NCBI GenBank assembly: GCA_016721425.1
Contig: JADKID010000020.1
Span: 20,549 to 84,548 of the forward strand
Origin: Bryobacterales bacterium
GTDB lineage: Bacteria > Acidobacteriota > Terriglobia > Bryobacterales > Bryobacteraceae
Direction of reading: 5' to 3'
DNA: 64,000 nt
Part shown: one piece after another, positions 27,779 to 36,893 of the stretch
Layout of the letters: each line of letters opens with the position of its first letter
Numbering within the stretch: position 1 is the stretch's first letter
Program-made: the position numbers and the translations under genes
Notes under the pieces: generated by a model
Databases searched by the model: none
The model's input: only the letters and a program-made list of their open reading frames with translations
Told to the model about the DNA's origin: nothing

Positions 27779-28723
27779 TCAGGGTTTAGGCGGTTTGATG
27801 CCCGGGATGTGGCCGTTGAACTTGAACGGCGAGGGCTTGTACTCTCCCACGATGTCCACCCGGCTGTTCGCCTTGATCTTCTTCTCCAGGCCCAGCGCCC
27901 AGTAGCAGGCGTTCACCGTCATCCGCCGGACCCCCTCATTCAGCAGATCCTGCGAGGAGCCCATCGTCGTCGTGAACACCCGCCCATGCGTCTCCCGCGT
28001 CCACGCCACAGGCATCATCGGCTCGTTCTTCTCGCCCGCCACCGGCGGGTCCGTGGGCTGCATGCCAGTCAATACCTGCCCCAAGACCAGCGTTTGGCAA
28101 CCGGACGGCAGCGGCAGCTTGGCCTTGTATACGTCGGTTGGCCCCCAGATTCCGTTCGCGCCACTGCCAATCCCCCGCAGGATCGGATGCTTCCCTTGCC
28201 CCGGCGCCACCACGCCCCGCGTGCTCTCCACCGCGTGCTTGCCATGATGGCCGATCCAGGTTTCACCCAGGATCTGACGCCCGAATCCGCCGTCCCACTC
28301 CTTGCTGTTGTAGTTCCAGCGCTTGTACGTCGGGCTCGTCTTGAAGTTAAATGCGTGGGTCGAGGTGCGCCACGCCACAATCGGCTTGCCGGCCTCCACC
28401 CATTCCGCGATGTACTTCATCTGCTCATCCGGCAGGTCGCGGAATCGCAGGCACATCATTAGCAGGTCCGCTTGCGCCAGCGCTTCCAGGCCAGGCAGAT
28501 TGTCCGCCTGGTTGGGGTTGATGGTCCCGTCCTTTTTATCGATCGCGTACAGCACGGTGCATCGGAATCCGTGATGCGTCGTGAGGATCTTCGCCAGTTG
28601 CGGCAGCGCCTCCTCGGATCGATACTCTTCATCGCCGCTGACCAGGACAATGTGCTTGCCTTTGCCCGGTGAGGCGGCGGTCAGAGGGGCAGCAAGTGTA
28701 AGCAGAAACTGGAGGCGCGTCAT
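27779..28723 (-). CDS. ThuA-like (class I glutamine amidotransferase-like fold) secreted protein
   Basis: 314 aa with a signal peptide. The block HIVLVSGDEEYRSEEALPQLAKIL...LPGLEALAQADLLMMCLRFRDLPDEQM is typical of ThuA-domain proteins (from memory). Confidence 0.65.
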   Translation of the reverse strand: MTRLQFLLTLAAPLTAASPGKGKHIVLVSGDEEYRSEEALPQLAKILTTHHGFRCTVLYAIDKKDGTINPNQADNLPGLEALAQADLLMMCLRFRDLPDEQMKYIAEWVEAGKPIVAWRTSTHAFNFKTSPTYKRWNYNSKEWDGGFGRQILGETWIGHHGKHAVESTRGVVAPGQGKHPILRGIGSGANGIWGPTDVYKAKLPLPSGCQTLVLGQVLTGMQPTDPPVAGEKNEPMMPVAWTRETHGRVFTTTMGSSQDLLNEGVRRMTVNACYWALGLEKKIKANSRVDIVGEYKPSPFKFNGHIPGIKPPKP

Positions 28724-28760
28724 GTCGCCTCCAGTTTATGCCCGCCCGGCGGTTCGCTGC

Positions 28761-29516
28761 TCAGCGATTCAACGTGAAGTTCACCGAGATGATGGTGTCC
28801 ACTTCAATCGGATCCCCGTTCAACATCGTTGGCCGGTACCGCCACAGCCGCACAGCATCCATCGCCGCCTGCACCAGCAGCGGATGCCCGCTCACCAGTT
28901 GCAGTTGCTGAATTGTGCCTGCGGTTCCGATCACAGCCTGGAACACCACCTTGCCCTCCACCCGCATCGAGCGCGCGATCGCCGGATACTCCGGGATCTT
29001 GCGGCTGATCACCAGCGCGTCCTGCACATTGCCGCCTACCCGCGTGCGCACAATCGGCTTGGCCCGCTCCGGTTCTTTCACCACCACCACCGGCACCGGC
29101 GGCGCCTCCGTGCGCGTCATGCTGCGAACCAGGCTATCCACTACGCCGCCGCCGCCCTGGCCCGTGAAAATGCTGCCAGCCACACCCACTCCCACGGTTG
29201 CTCCGTCCGGCGGCTCCTCAATATGGGCCACCTTGCTGGGAATCGAGGCCGGCATGATCAGTACACCGTCCCGCAGTTGCCGCAGCGCTCGCGTGATGGT
29301 CCCCGTGACCGGCGTCGACGGAGGCGGAGCCGGAGCCGGCGAGGGTGGCGCCAGAAACAGCGTGTTGCCCATCATCGCTGTGGGGAGAAGATCCGGATTG
29401 AGGAGAGGGATCAGGACTCCTGTCCCGATCACGCTCACCTGAAGCAGAAGAGAAAGCGCCACTGGTGCGCCGCGGTGCGTCGTCGCCGTCGCCTGCACAA
29501 AGCTCTGCTCAAACAT
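28761..29516 (-). CDS. tonB: Energy transducer TonB
   Basis: 251 aa with an N-terminal TM anchor and the Pro-rich linker PPSPAPAPPPSTP. The C-terminal TonB domain reads PEYPAIARSMRVEGKVVFQAVIGTAGTIQQLQLVSGHPLL...AVRLWRYRP. Confidence 0.85.
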   Translation of the reverse strand: MFEQSFVQATATTHRGAPVALSLLLQVSVIGTGVLIPLLNPDLLPTAMMGNTLFLAPPSPAPAPPPSTPVTGTITRALRQLRDGVLIMPASIPSKVAHIEEPPDGATVGVGVAGSIFTGQGGGGVVDSLVRSMTRTEAPPVPVVVVKEPERAKPIVRTRVGGNVQDALVISRKIPEYPAIARSMRVEGKVVFQAVIGTAGTIQQLQLVSGHPLLVQAAMDAVRLWRYRPTMLNGDPIEVDTIISVNFTLNR

Positions 29517-29642
29517 AGGACTAACCTCTTTCTTTTGGTTGTCTACTGCTGAGCGCGGGCGCCTGCGCTTTTCATTTCCTGCCCGATTGGACTCCGCCGC
29601 CCCGGCTTTGTTCCCAGTAACAAAACCGATACAATTTCGACC

Positions 29643-30701
29643 ATGACCACGCGCCGCTCATTCAATCTGATGACCGCCAGCGCCACAGCCGCCTTTGCCG
29701 CCCCTGCGCGCCGCCCGCTCGATCCGCTGCCGCCCGGCATCAAGCTCAGCGTGCAGTTGCCCACCGAGCCCTCCGACGACGATCTCACCTTCGTCCGCCA
29801 GCTCGGCGTCCATTGGGTCAACATTCCCACCGGCGGCGCAGCCTCCACAGTCGAGAATTTCAAGCGCCTCAAAGCCAAGGTGGAATCCGTCGGGCTCCAG
29901 GTCTGGAACATCGGCAACAGCAACGTGCACAACATGCCGCAGGTCACCCTGAACCTGCCCGGCCGCGAAGCAAAAATCGCCGAATACAAACAATACCTGC
30001 GCAACCTCGCCGCGGCCGGCATCTACTACACCACCTACGCCCACATGGGCAATGGCATCTGGAGCAGTGAGCGCGAACTCACGCGCGGCGGCGCCTCATC
30101 GCGCGCCTTCGATGCCTCCAAAAACCCCAAGGGCTACTGGATCAAAGATGTCTTCGAGGGCGAACTCTCCCACGGCCGCCGCTTCACCGAAAACGAGATC
30201 TGGGACAACTACGAATACTTCATCCGCCAGGTTGTCCCCGTCGCCGAAGAGCTCGGCATCCGCATCGGTATTCATCCCGACGATCCGCCCGCGGTTGAGC
30301 TCGGTGGCGTGCCGCGCTGCATCTTCTCCAACTTCGAGGGCTACCGCCGCGCGCTCGAAATCGCCAACTCACCGAGCGTCGGCATGTGCCTCTGCTGCGG
30401 CTGCTGGCTGGAAGGCGGCAAACGCATGGGACGCTCCGCGGAGGACACAATCAAGTACTTTTCGGGTCAAAACAAGCTGTTTAAGGTGCATTTGCGCAAC
30501 GTAAACGCGCCCATGCCGCACTTCGTGGAAACCTTCATCGACGATGGCTACTACGATACCTCCAAGATCATCCGCGCCCTCAAGGACGTCGATTTCCGAG
30601 GCAATCTCATCGCTGATCACATCCCCGGCATGGTCGGCGGCCGCTATGCCGGCTTCGCCTACGCCATCGCCTACATGAAGGCCATGCTGGTGATGGCATG
30701 A
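29643..30701 (+). CDS. Mannonate dehydratase (UxuA)-family TIM-barrel protein with a Tat-like signal
   Basis: 352 aa with the N-terminus MTTRRSFNLMTASATAAFAAP. From memory, the block VPVAEELGIRIGIHPDDPP...GVPRCI parallels E. coli UxuA [29 protein letters not shown]. Confidence 0.65.
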   Translation: MTTRRSFNLMTASATAAFAAPARRPLDPLPPGIKLSVQLPTEPSDDDLTFVRQLGVHWVNIPTGGAASTVENFKRLKAKVESVGLQVWNIGNSNVHNMPQVTLNLPGREAKIAEYKQYLRNLAAAGIYYTTYAHMGNGIWSSERELTRGGASSRAFDASKNPKGYWIKDVFEGELSHGRRFTENEIWDNYEYFIRQVVPVAEELGIRIGIHPDDPPAVELGGVPRCIFSNFEGYRRALEIANSPSVGMCLCCGCWLEGGKRMGRSAEDTIKYFSGQNKLFKVHLRNVNAPMPHFVETFIDDGYYDTSKIIRALKDVDFRGNLIADHIPGMVGGRYAGFAYAIAYMKAMLVMA

Positions 30702-31369
30702 GCGAGTTTCAGCACGCGGCGCGCCAGCAGACCAGCCTGCTCGCGCCCCTGGAGAAGAAGGCGCTGCTATGGCTGGCCGCCAACATGCCGCCGTGGATCA
30801 ACTCCGATCACCTCACAGCGCTGGGCTTTCTCTCCATGGTCGCTGCCGGCTTCGCCTACTGGTACTCCGCCGTCGATCGCCCGCTGGGCCTCGCGCTGGT
30901 GGTGGTGTTCCTGATACTGAACTGGTTCGGCGATAGTCTCGATGGCACCGTCGCCCGCCAGCGCAACCTTCAGCGCCCGCGCTACGGCTTCTATATCGAT
31001 CACATCCTCGATAGCATCGGCTCCGTCTTTCTCATCGGCGGCCTGGGTCTCTCCGGCCTCATGAGTCCGGCCATCGCCGCCGCGCTGCTCATCGCCTATC
31101 TGCTGCTCAGCATCGAGGCCTTCCTCACCACTTACTGCATCGGTAAGTTCCAGATTAACGCCGGCTTGTTCAGCCCCACGGAGCTCCGCGTCCTGCTCAT
31201 CATCGGCAACGCCTGCATCTTCTGGTGGCCCATGGTGGATCTCTTTGGCCGGCAGTACAAGCTCTACGATGTCGGCGGTGTTTGCGGGGCGGTTGGGATG
31301 CTGGCCATCCTGCTCTACTTCACCGTCACCCACACCGTGCAGCTCTATCGCGAAGAGACTAAGTGGTGA
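30698..31369 (+). CDS. CDP-alcohol phosphatidyltransferase family protein
   Basis: 223 aa and polytopic. The signature D-x2-DG-x2-AR...G-x3-D-x3-D is present as GDSLDGTVARQRNLQRPRYGFYIDHILD. It overlaps the upstream gene by 4 nt. Confidence 0.88.
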   Translation: MSEFQHAARQQTSLLAPLEKKALLWLAANMPPWINSDHLTALGFLSMVAAGFAYWYSAVDRPLGLALVVVFLILNWFGDSLDGTVARQRNLQRPRYGFYIDHILDSIGSVFLIGGLGLSGLMSPAIAAALLIAYLLLSIEAFLTTYCIGKFQINAGLFSPTELRVLLIIGNACIFWWPMVDLFGRQYKLYDVGGVCGAVGMLAILLYFTVTHTVQLYREETKW

Positions 31370-31764
31370 AGCTGGGCTCGCGCTGGTTGAAGTTCAATGC
31401 TGTGGGCCTGATGGGCGTGGGCGTCCAACTCTCCGCTCTCTGGCTCTACACCAACGTGTTCGGTTGGCACTACCTGGTGGCTACTGCGCTGGCCGTGGAA
31501 ACCGCTGTGCTGCACAACTACGTCTGGCACATGGCGTGGACGTGGCGGGATCGCGCCGGTGACGGCCAGTCGCCGGCCTCGCGTCTCGTGCGCTTCCACC
31601 TCGGCAACGGGCTGGTGTCGCTCCTCGCCAACCTGGCGCTCATGCGCTTCTTCGCCGGTGTGATGCACCTACCGCTCATGACCGCCAACGTTCTCAGCAT
31701 CACCATCACGTCACTGCTCAACTTCGTCATCGGTGAGTTCTGGGTGTTCGCGCGTCCCCGCTGA
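31363..31764 (+). CDS. GtrA-family membrane protein
   Basis: 133 aa with 4 TM segments. The sequence FNAVGLMGVGVQLSALWLYT...VLHNYVWHMAWTW is typical of GtrA. It overlaps the phosphatidyltransferase gene by 7 nt. Confidence 0.8.
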   Translation: MVKLGSRWLKFNAVGLMGVGVQLSALWLYTNVFGWHYLVATALAVETAVLHNYVWHMAWTWRDRAGDGQSPASRLVRFHLGNGLVSLLANLALMRFFAGVMHLPLMTANVLSITITSLLNFVIGEFWVFARPR

Positions 31765-31786
31765 AGGGCTCTTTCACAGGGCGAGC

Positions 31787-32287
31787 CTAGAATCTGCCTG
31801 CATCGACCTTGGCGACGACCTCAGCAGTGACCTCGTCGTAGCTCAGTATGCGCTTGCCTTTGTGGTCCTTCAGGAAATCCTGGGCATCTTCCCTGGTGGC
31901 CAGCGGCACGAGCTCGTGCCCCATCGGCCCCATGACGTCCGCACCGATCACGTAGAGCGCCTTACGGGCGTCGATCTTCTCAAGATTGTAGAAATCCGTG
32001 ACGACGATCAGCCGGATGTTCTCGCGTTTCCGCTTGGGCGCATACTTCTGCAAGGCCTGCAGGAACTTAAACATATCTTTGGCGCCATCGAAATGATGAG
32101 TGTGCCCATCGTTCCACACGACGCTGGCGGTCCAGTTCGGATATTTGCTGACAAGCATCCCGCAGACCGGGCAAAGATCCATCGGTCCAGGCTTGGGAGC
32201 GGACGGCGGTGCGGCGCCGCTAGCCACGCCGGCCCACGGCGCCGCACAGAGCGCGAGCAAAAGCGTTGCTGCGGCCAGGCGGATCAC
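31787..32287 (-). CDS. NosL-family (copper-chaperone-like) protein
   Basis: 166 aa with a signal peptide. It has the motif CPVCGM followed by a WNDGHTHHFDG block. Confidence 0.75.
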   Translation of the reverse strand: MIRLAAATLLLALCAAPWAGVASGAAPPSAPKPGPMDLCPVCGMLVSKYPNWTASVVWNDGHTHHFDGAKDMFKFLQALQKYAPKRKRENIRLIVVTDFYNLEKIDARKALYVIGADVMGPMGHELVPLATREDAQDFLKDHKGKRILSYDEVTAEVVAKVDAGRF

Positions 32288-32883
32288 TATTCCGGCTTCT
32301 TCTGCATGCGCTTGAGCCGCTCTTCGCGATTCTTGCGGCTCATGGCAACCGATTCCGCAATGTCCGTGTAGGCAGCCAGCAGCGCCTTGTCAAAATCGCC
32401 GATTTCGCCACCGTTGGCGGCCTTGGAGGCTTCGGCTGCCGCCACGGTGCTGTAGGCGACCTTGCTGCGTCGGGTCATCACTCCGCGGAGCGAACTGCCA
32501 ATGAGAAAGCTCGCCTTCTCGGCGTCGGCCAAAGGCTTGATCTCCTCCGCGGATGCGTTGTCGCCCACCCAGATCGCCTTGGTTCCACGTCCCAGGTTGA
32601 GCGACAGGCTGGTGGCGGCGCAGCGAATCGAGCAAACGCCTTCGGCTGTGTCATCTCCATAGTGGACGAGCATGCGGGAATGGTGAAACCTCTTGCGATC
32701 CATGCCGCAGTAGTTGCACTTCTGGTACTTCTCGATGTCGTTTACCTGCGGCTCAGCGTCGGTCGGCTTCTTCGCAGCCGGCGCCATCATGCCGCTGCCG
32801 TGCTGCGCTTCCAGCGCGGTGGATGCCAGGATGACGGTCCCGGCCGTGGCAAGAGAGAGATGGAGCACTTCTCGACGTTTCAT
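32287..32883 (-). CDS. Second NosL-like protein (Tat-like signal)
   Basis: 198 aa. The motif CNYCGMDRKRFHHSRML has the same C-x2-CGM core as its neighbour. Its stop abuts the start of the downstream NosL gene. Confidence 0.6.
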   Translation of the reverse strand: MKRREVLHLSLATAGTVILASTALEAQHGSGMMAPAAKKPTDAEPQVNDIEKYQKCNYCGMDRKRFHHSRMLVHYGDDTAEGVCSIRCAATSLSLNLGRGTKAIWVGDNASAEEIKPLADAEKASFLIGSSLRGVMTRRSKVAYSTVAAAEASKAANGGEIGDFDKALLAAYTDIAESVAMSRKNREERLKRMQKKPE

Positions 32884-33025
32884 AGGACATTCCCTTCAAC
32901 AGACTGCAATCTGCCCTGCCTCACAGGGCACCCAATCTCGCAATATTAGCGGATTTGTGGAGGCTATACCCGTGGCAAATTGTCGCACGGGCCTCCCGGA
33001 TCAACCCGCGCGATGGGAACACACT

Positions 33026-34027
33026 CTACGATCCGAGGAGGATGAGGCTAGACCTCACGATCATCACCGTGGCGGCGGCGGCGAAAATGGCGAAGCCGGC
33101 GAGCGCAATCGCCGAGAGCCGCCCAGAAACTTGCGGAACGATATCCCTCAGGCTTGGCACGCCGGCGAAGGGTCGCACCGCCCCGGCGCCGAGTCCTGCG
33201 GCCGTGGCGGCGAACAGGGGCAAGTAGAGCCAATAGCCCTGGAAGTGATACTCCGGTTTGAGCAGGCAGAACGGGCAGTGATGGTGCGGATGCTCGTAGA
33301 CGTAAAGGGACACGAAGGAAAGAATGCCCGCGATGGCCCCGGCGAATGCGGCCAGGCTGGCCAGCGCCACGACGTAGCCGCCTCGCTTTCTCAGCGCGCC
33401 GTAGCCGGCGGCGGCGATCGCCACGAAGAGCGTGCCGTAGAAGACGATCATGGCCGGCAACGGGGCAAGCGTGGAAAGGTCACCCGAAAGTCCCTTGGCC
33501 GCGCCGGAGAAGAGTCTGGCGCAACACGACGTGATGACGTCGGCCCGGAGGCCGAGAAAGTAATGTAACTCCAGGGTGAAGGTCGCCAGCAGCGCCGGCG
33601 CCATGCCCAGCAGTAAGGCGTACTTAACGCGAACCAGGGGATAGTCCGGAGCTTGAATATCGACGTGGTGGATCGCTAGCCACATGGCCGCCAGGAAGAA
33701 CACCGCTATCTGAGCGGTCAATGCCGGCAGTCCGTAGGCGTTGACATTGAGGGCGCCGGCCGCGCACATGGCGCCCACAAACAGCGCCGCCATCTTATCG
33801 GCGTTGAAGACGAACAGCAGCAGAGCCAGAAACTGCGTGGCTAGGACTAAGCTCAGCAGCGTCGACATCAAATACGTACGCCGCTCCAGCACCAACTGTC
33901 GCTCGCTGCCGCTGGCGAGATTCCAGTGCCGGATCACGGCAAGGGCGAATGGCGCAATTGCCAACATCATGGCAACGTTCGCCGCCGATGCCAGCAGGAG
34001 CGCGATGATCGCGGGCTGGAACAACAT
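33026..34027 (-). CDS. Polytopic membrane protein of unknown function with a His/Cys cluster
   Basis: 333 aa with about 8 hydrophobic helices. The motif YEHPHHHCPFCLLKPEYH is encoded at about 33245..33292, and there is also a TSCCA motif. Its start abuts the stop of the ABC ATPase gene. Confidence 0.6.
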   Translation of the reverse strand: MLFQPAIIALLLASAANVAMMLAIAPFALAVIRHWNLASGSERQLVLERRTYLMSTLLSLVLATQFLALLLFVFNADKMAALFVGAMCAAGALNVNAYGLPALTAQIAVFFLAAMWLAIHHVDIQAPDYPLVRVKYALLLGMAPALLATFTLELHYFLGLRADVITSCCARLFSGAAKGLSGDLSTLAPLPAMIVFYGTLFVAIAAAGYGALRKRGGYVVALASLAAFAGAIAGILSFVSLYVYEHPHHHCPFCLLKPEYHFQGYWLYLPLFAATAAGLGAGAVRPFAGVPSLRDIVPQVSGRLSAIALAGFAIFAAAATVMIVRSSLILLGS

Positions 34028-34705
34028 TCAGGCGTCCCCTACAATCCGGCCGTCGCGCAAGGCCACCAAGCGCTGCACAACCGGCGATTCAATCACTAGC
34101 GGGTCGTGGCTAGTGAGCAGAATCGTTCGCCTCTGTACGGCCAGTGTCTCCAGAATGTCCAGAAACTCCTTTGAGAGCGCCGTGTCCAGATTGGCGGTCG
34201 GCTCGTCGGCAATGAGCACCGCGGGATCGTTGATGAGGGCGCGGGCGATGGCCACCCGCTGCTGCTCGCCGCCGGAGAGCCACTCCACGCGGGCCTTGCT
34301 GCGGTGGCTGAGCCGGAGCGAGTTCAGTAGCGATTCGGCGCGATCCTGCAGCGCGCGCCAGTCGCCTCCCAACGGATAGGCGGGCAGCATCACGTTTTCC
34401 ACCGCCGACAGTCCCCGGATCAGATTGAACTGCTGGAAGATGAAACCAAACGTGCGGCGGCGGATTCCCGTCAGGAATCGTTCCGGCAGGCCGGAGATGT
34501 CGCGGCCCTCCAGGCGCACCCGGCCGCTGGTTGGCCTCGCCAGGCAGCCCAGTACCGTCAGCAGCGTCGTCTTGCCGGAGCCACTCGGCCCGAAGAAGAC
34601 CGTCACTTTCTCCGAAGGGAGCGTGAGATTGATGTCACGGAGAGCCCAGAATTCGTTATCGCGTCCCTGGTTGAAAGCTTTGTGAATGCCTGTCAGTTCA
34701 ATCAT
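34028..34705 (-). CDS. ABC transporter ATP-binding protein (MacB/LolD-like)
   Basis: 225 aa with Walker A GPSGSGKTT, signature LSGGEQQR, and Walker B VLIADEPT. Confidence 0.93.
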   Translation of the reverse strand: MIELTGIHKAFNQGRDNEFWALRDINLTLPSEKVTVFFGPSGSGKTTLLTVLGCLARPTSGRVRLEGRDISGLPERFLTGIRRRTFGFIFQQFNLIRGLSAVENVMLPAYPLGGDWRALQDRAESLLNSLRLSHRSKARVEWLSGGEQQRVAIARALINDPAVLIADEPTANLDTALSKEFLDILETLAVQRRTILLTSHDPLVIESPVVQRLVALRDGRIVGDA

Positions 34706-34707
34706 GG

Positions 34708-35853
34708 CTAGCCGCGCATTACGGAATCAGGATCGGTCACCGCGGCGCGCCAGATCGGCACGATCGTGGCCAACGCATACGGGAAAACAGTAAAGAAGAA
34801 CAGCGTCGCAAGCTGAAACCCATCCACCACGGGAGTGAGCTCAAAGCGAGGATACAGCACCGACCAGCCCTTCAGGACAGGCTCAAACAGCGCCGAGGAA
34901 AAGCGGAATACGTGCAGGTAAGCGGCGATATATCCCCCTAGAAACGCTGTCAGCGAGATCAGAGTACCCTCCCACAGCTTCATCCGGATCACGTCGCCCG
35001 TTTCCCATCCAATCGCCTTGAGTATGCCGATCTCGCGCTTTTCATCGGCCGAAAGGCCAGATGCCTTCTCCAGGGCGAAAATGCCGAACGCGATCATGGC
35101 GCCCGAGAGCAGAACCAGTACGATCCCCTCGCGCCAGTTGAAGATCGAGTCATAGGTGCGCAGGATGTCCTGACGCAGGATCGCTCGCGAGTCCGGCAGC
35201 CGGCTGGCTAGCTTCGCGGCGATCGTGTTCAGCTCCTGCGGATTGGCGACTGTGAGCGCGATGTCCGTGTATTGCCCGGCAGGGTAGTCGAAAAACGCAC
35301 GAAAGTCCTCCTCGCACATCAACACCAAGTCGGCGCTGACCAGCTCTGACTCCTCCGGGAAGACGCTGGAGATGGTGAAGGCAAAGAGCTTGCCGGAATA
35401 GGACTGGAACCACACCTGGGCGTTGACAGAGCGCCCCAGTGACCGGGCCAGCGCCGCGCCCACCGCGATCCGCCCGGGCCCCACCATCGTCCCAGCGTCT
35501 GCCGGCGGCGCCATGACCGTGTAGTTGGCCTTCTGCGCGGGGTCATAGTAGTAGCCCCACAGGCGGCCTTCCTTCTTCTGCACGCCCCGAATTCGCCCGA
35601 TCTTGTCCAGGTAGCTCGACGGAATCAGGTCGTGGCGGCCCGCCATCATGCGCTGCACAATCACGTCTGGCGAGCGTGCCAGCACCAGCGCTGCTTCCCG
35701 CCGCAGCGCGTGTGTAAACAGCATTACGGAGGCCAGTAGGAACACGATGAGCGTGTAGACGAAAAGGAGAGTGAGGCTCTTCACCTTTCGCCGTGCCAAT
35801 GAGGCTAGCGTGAAGTCAATCAGGTACTTCTGTTTTTCGATCCAGGTTTGCAT
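34708..35853 (-). CDS. ABC transporter permease, FtsX/MacB-type
   Basis: 381 aa with one N-terminal TM, a large extracytoplasmic domain, and a C-terminal FtsX-like 3-TM bundle (GILKAIGWETGDV...). It sits 2 nt upstream of the ATPase gene. Confidence 0.85.
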   Translation of the reverse strand: MQTWIEKQKYLIDFTLASLARRKVKSLTLLFVYTLIVFLLASVMLFTHALRREAALVLARSPDVIVQRMMAGRHDLIPSSYLDKIGRIRGVQKKEGRLWGYYYDPAQKANYTVMAPPADAGTMVGPGRIAVGAALARSLGRSVNAQVWFQSYSGKLFAFTISSVFPEESELVSADLVLMCEEDFRAFFDYPAGQYTDIALTVANPQELNTIAAKLASRLPDSRAILRQDILRTYDSIFNWREGIVLVLLSGAMIAFGIFALEKASGLSADEKREIGILKAIGWETGDVIRMKLWEGTLISLTAFLGGYIAAYLHVFRFSSALFEPVLKGWSVLYPRFELTPVVDGFQLATLFFFTVFPYALATIVPIWRAAVTDPDSVMRG

Positions 35854-36214
35854 GGTGGAGTGCTGAGGCTGATGGCGGCGGCAGCAGGGAGCCGCTGGGA
35901 AAGTGCTCGAGGGCGGCAGGATGATCCTGGAAAGCGCTATGCAGATCGGCCTGCGAAAGATGGCGGGCGTAGCGAGCCTCTGTGAACAGGCACAGATCGG
36001 TCAGCCCCAGCCGTCCCGCCAGGCCGGCTTCCCGGATCAGTCCCTGCTCGCGCCGGGAGCGCAGCCACGCGGCATCGGCAAACGTCATCAGGAACAATCC
36101 GCCGGCCAGGCCAAGAAAGGCCAGCGCACGGTGGGACCTTCTGGCCATCTTCGGATGGCCGGATCCGAGTCCTTCTGCCGCAGGTTCAGGTTGCTTCGGT
36201 TCTTCATCGCGCAT
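35816..36214 (-). CDS. Hypothetical single-pass membrane protein
   Basis: 132-aa ORF that overlaps the permease start by 38 nt. A more likely start is the ATG at 36148 (MARRSHRALAFLGLAGGLFLMTF). Confidence 0.4.
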   Translation of the reverse strand: MRDEEPKQPEPAAEGLGSGHPKMARRSHRALAFLGLAGGLFLMTFADAAWLRSRREQGLIREAGLAGRLGLTDLCLFTEARYARHLSQADLHSAFQDHPAALEHFPSGSLLPPPSASALHHANLDRKTEVPD

Positions 36215-36299
36215 AGGTAGACTTATCCTGAGTCAGAATGGAGCGCAAACTCGATCCGGTGATTCCGGCACCGGCAAAACATCTGCCGTTCGGGCAGGA

Positions 36300-36740
36300 C
36301 TACACTGCGGGCGGCGGGCGTTGAAAGAGAGCGAAGCCAATATCCGCGGAGGCCCGCGGAGGAACGGTGCGGATCTGAACGCGCGATACGGGAGGTGCCA
36401 GCCTCATCGCCGACTGGCCTCTAGCCAGGGCGGCCGTCACCGCAGTGGGCAGGGCAGACACTACGCCGCAACCCAGGCCGCATCGTGAGGCGAACTTCCA
36501 ACGTGGGGCATCCACTCCCACGGAACGGGCTTTGCGGCAACAACAGGCGCCGGACTTTTTGCAGCACTCCATGCCGCAGGTCCCCTCTTCGAGTGGGAAC
36601 GGCACGGGGCTAATTGGCGACAGTATCGAGAGGATCAGCACGGCCGTCGGTGCAAGGCCGCGGAATCCGCAGACAGCAGCGGAGAAACACTCTCCCGCCG
36701 CATCTCGCCATCTCCAAAAAACGGATGTCGAGTCTGGCAT
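36300..36740 (-). CDS. Hypothetical Cys-rich protein
   Basis: 146-aa ORF with a hydrophobic segment (LAPTAVLILSILSPISPVPF) followed by CGMECCKKSGACCCRK...RCGLGCG. It contains several rare codons, and I recognise no homology. Confidence 0.25.
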   Translation of the reverse strand: MPDSTSVFWRWRDAAGECFSAAVCGFRGLAPTAVLILSILSPISPVPFPLEEGTCGMECCKKSGACCCRKARSVGVDAPRWKFASRCGLGCGVVSALPTAVTAALARGQSAMRLAPPVSRVQIRTVPPRASADIGFALFQRPPPAV

Positions 36741-36893
36741 CTTTCCTCTCGGCTCAGCTTATCATGCCGCCCAATCTTGCCTTGTGCCAACCTAGGCCGC
36801 TCAGGGCACTGATCTTCCGCGGTGAACTGTCTCTCCAGCACGCCCGCAACTGAGATGTATTGCCGCCAGGGGGAACCCCCAAGGAGAGCTGCA

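Noticed and set aside
29550-29580. Near-palindrome GCGCGGGCGCCTGCGC followed by TTTTC between tonB and the UxuA-like gene as a terminator
   Set aside because: The two flanking genes diverge from this region, so no transcript ends here. The palindrome also has no loop. It is at most an operator-like site, and I cannot support that from sequence alone.
31787-32883. Calling the region a nitrous-oxide reductase (nos) cluster
   Set aside because: Only NosL-like proteins are present. nosZ, nosD, nosR, nosF and nosY (ABC-2 type) are absent, and the adjacent ABC transporter is of the FtsX/MacB type.
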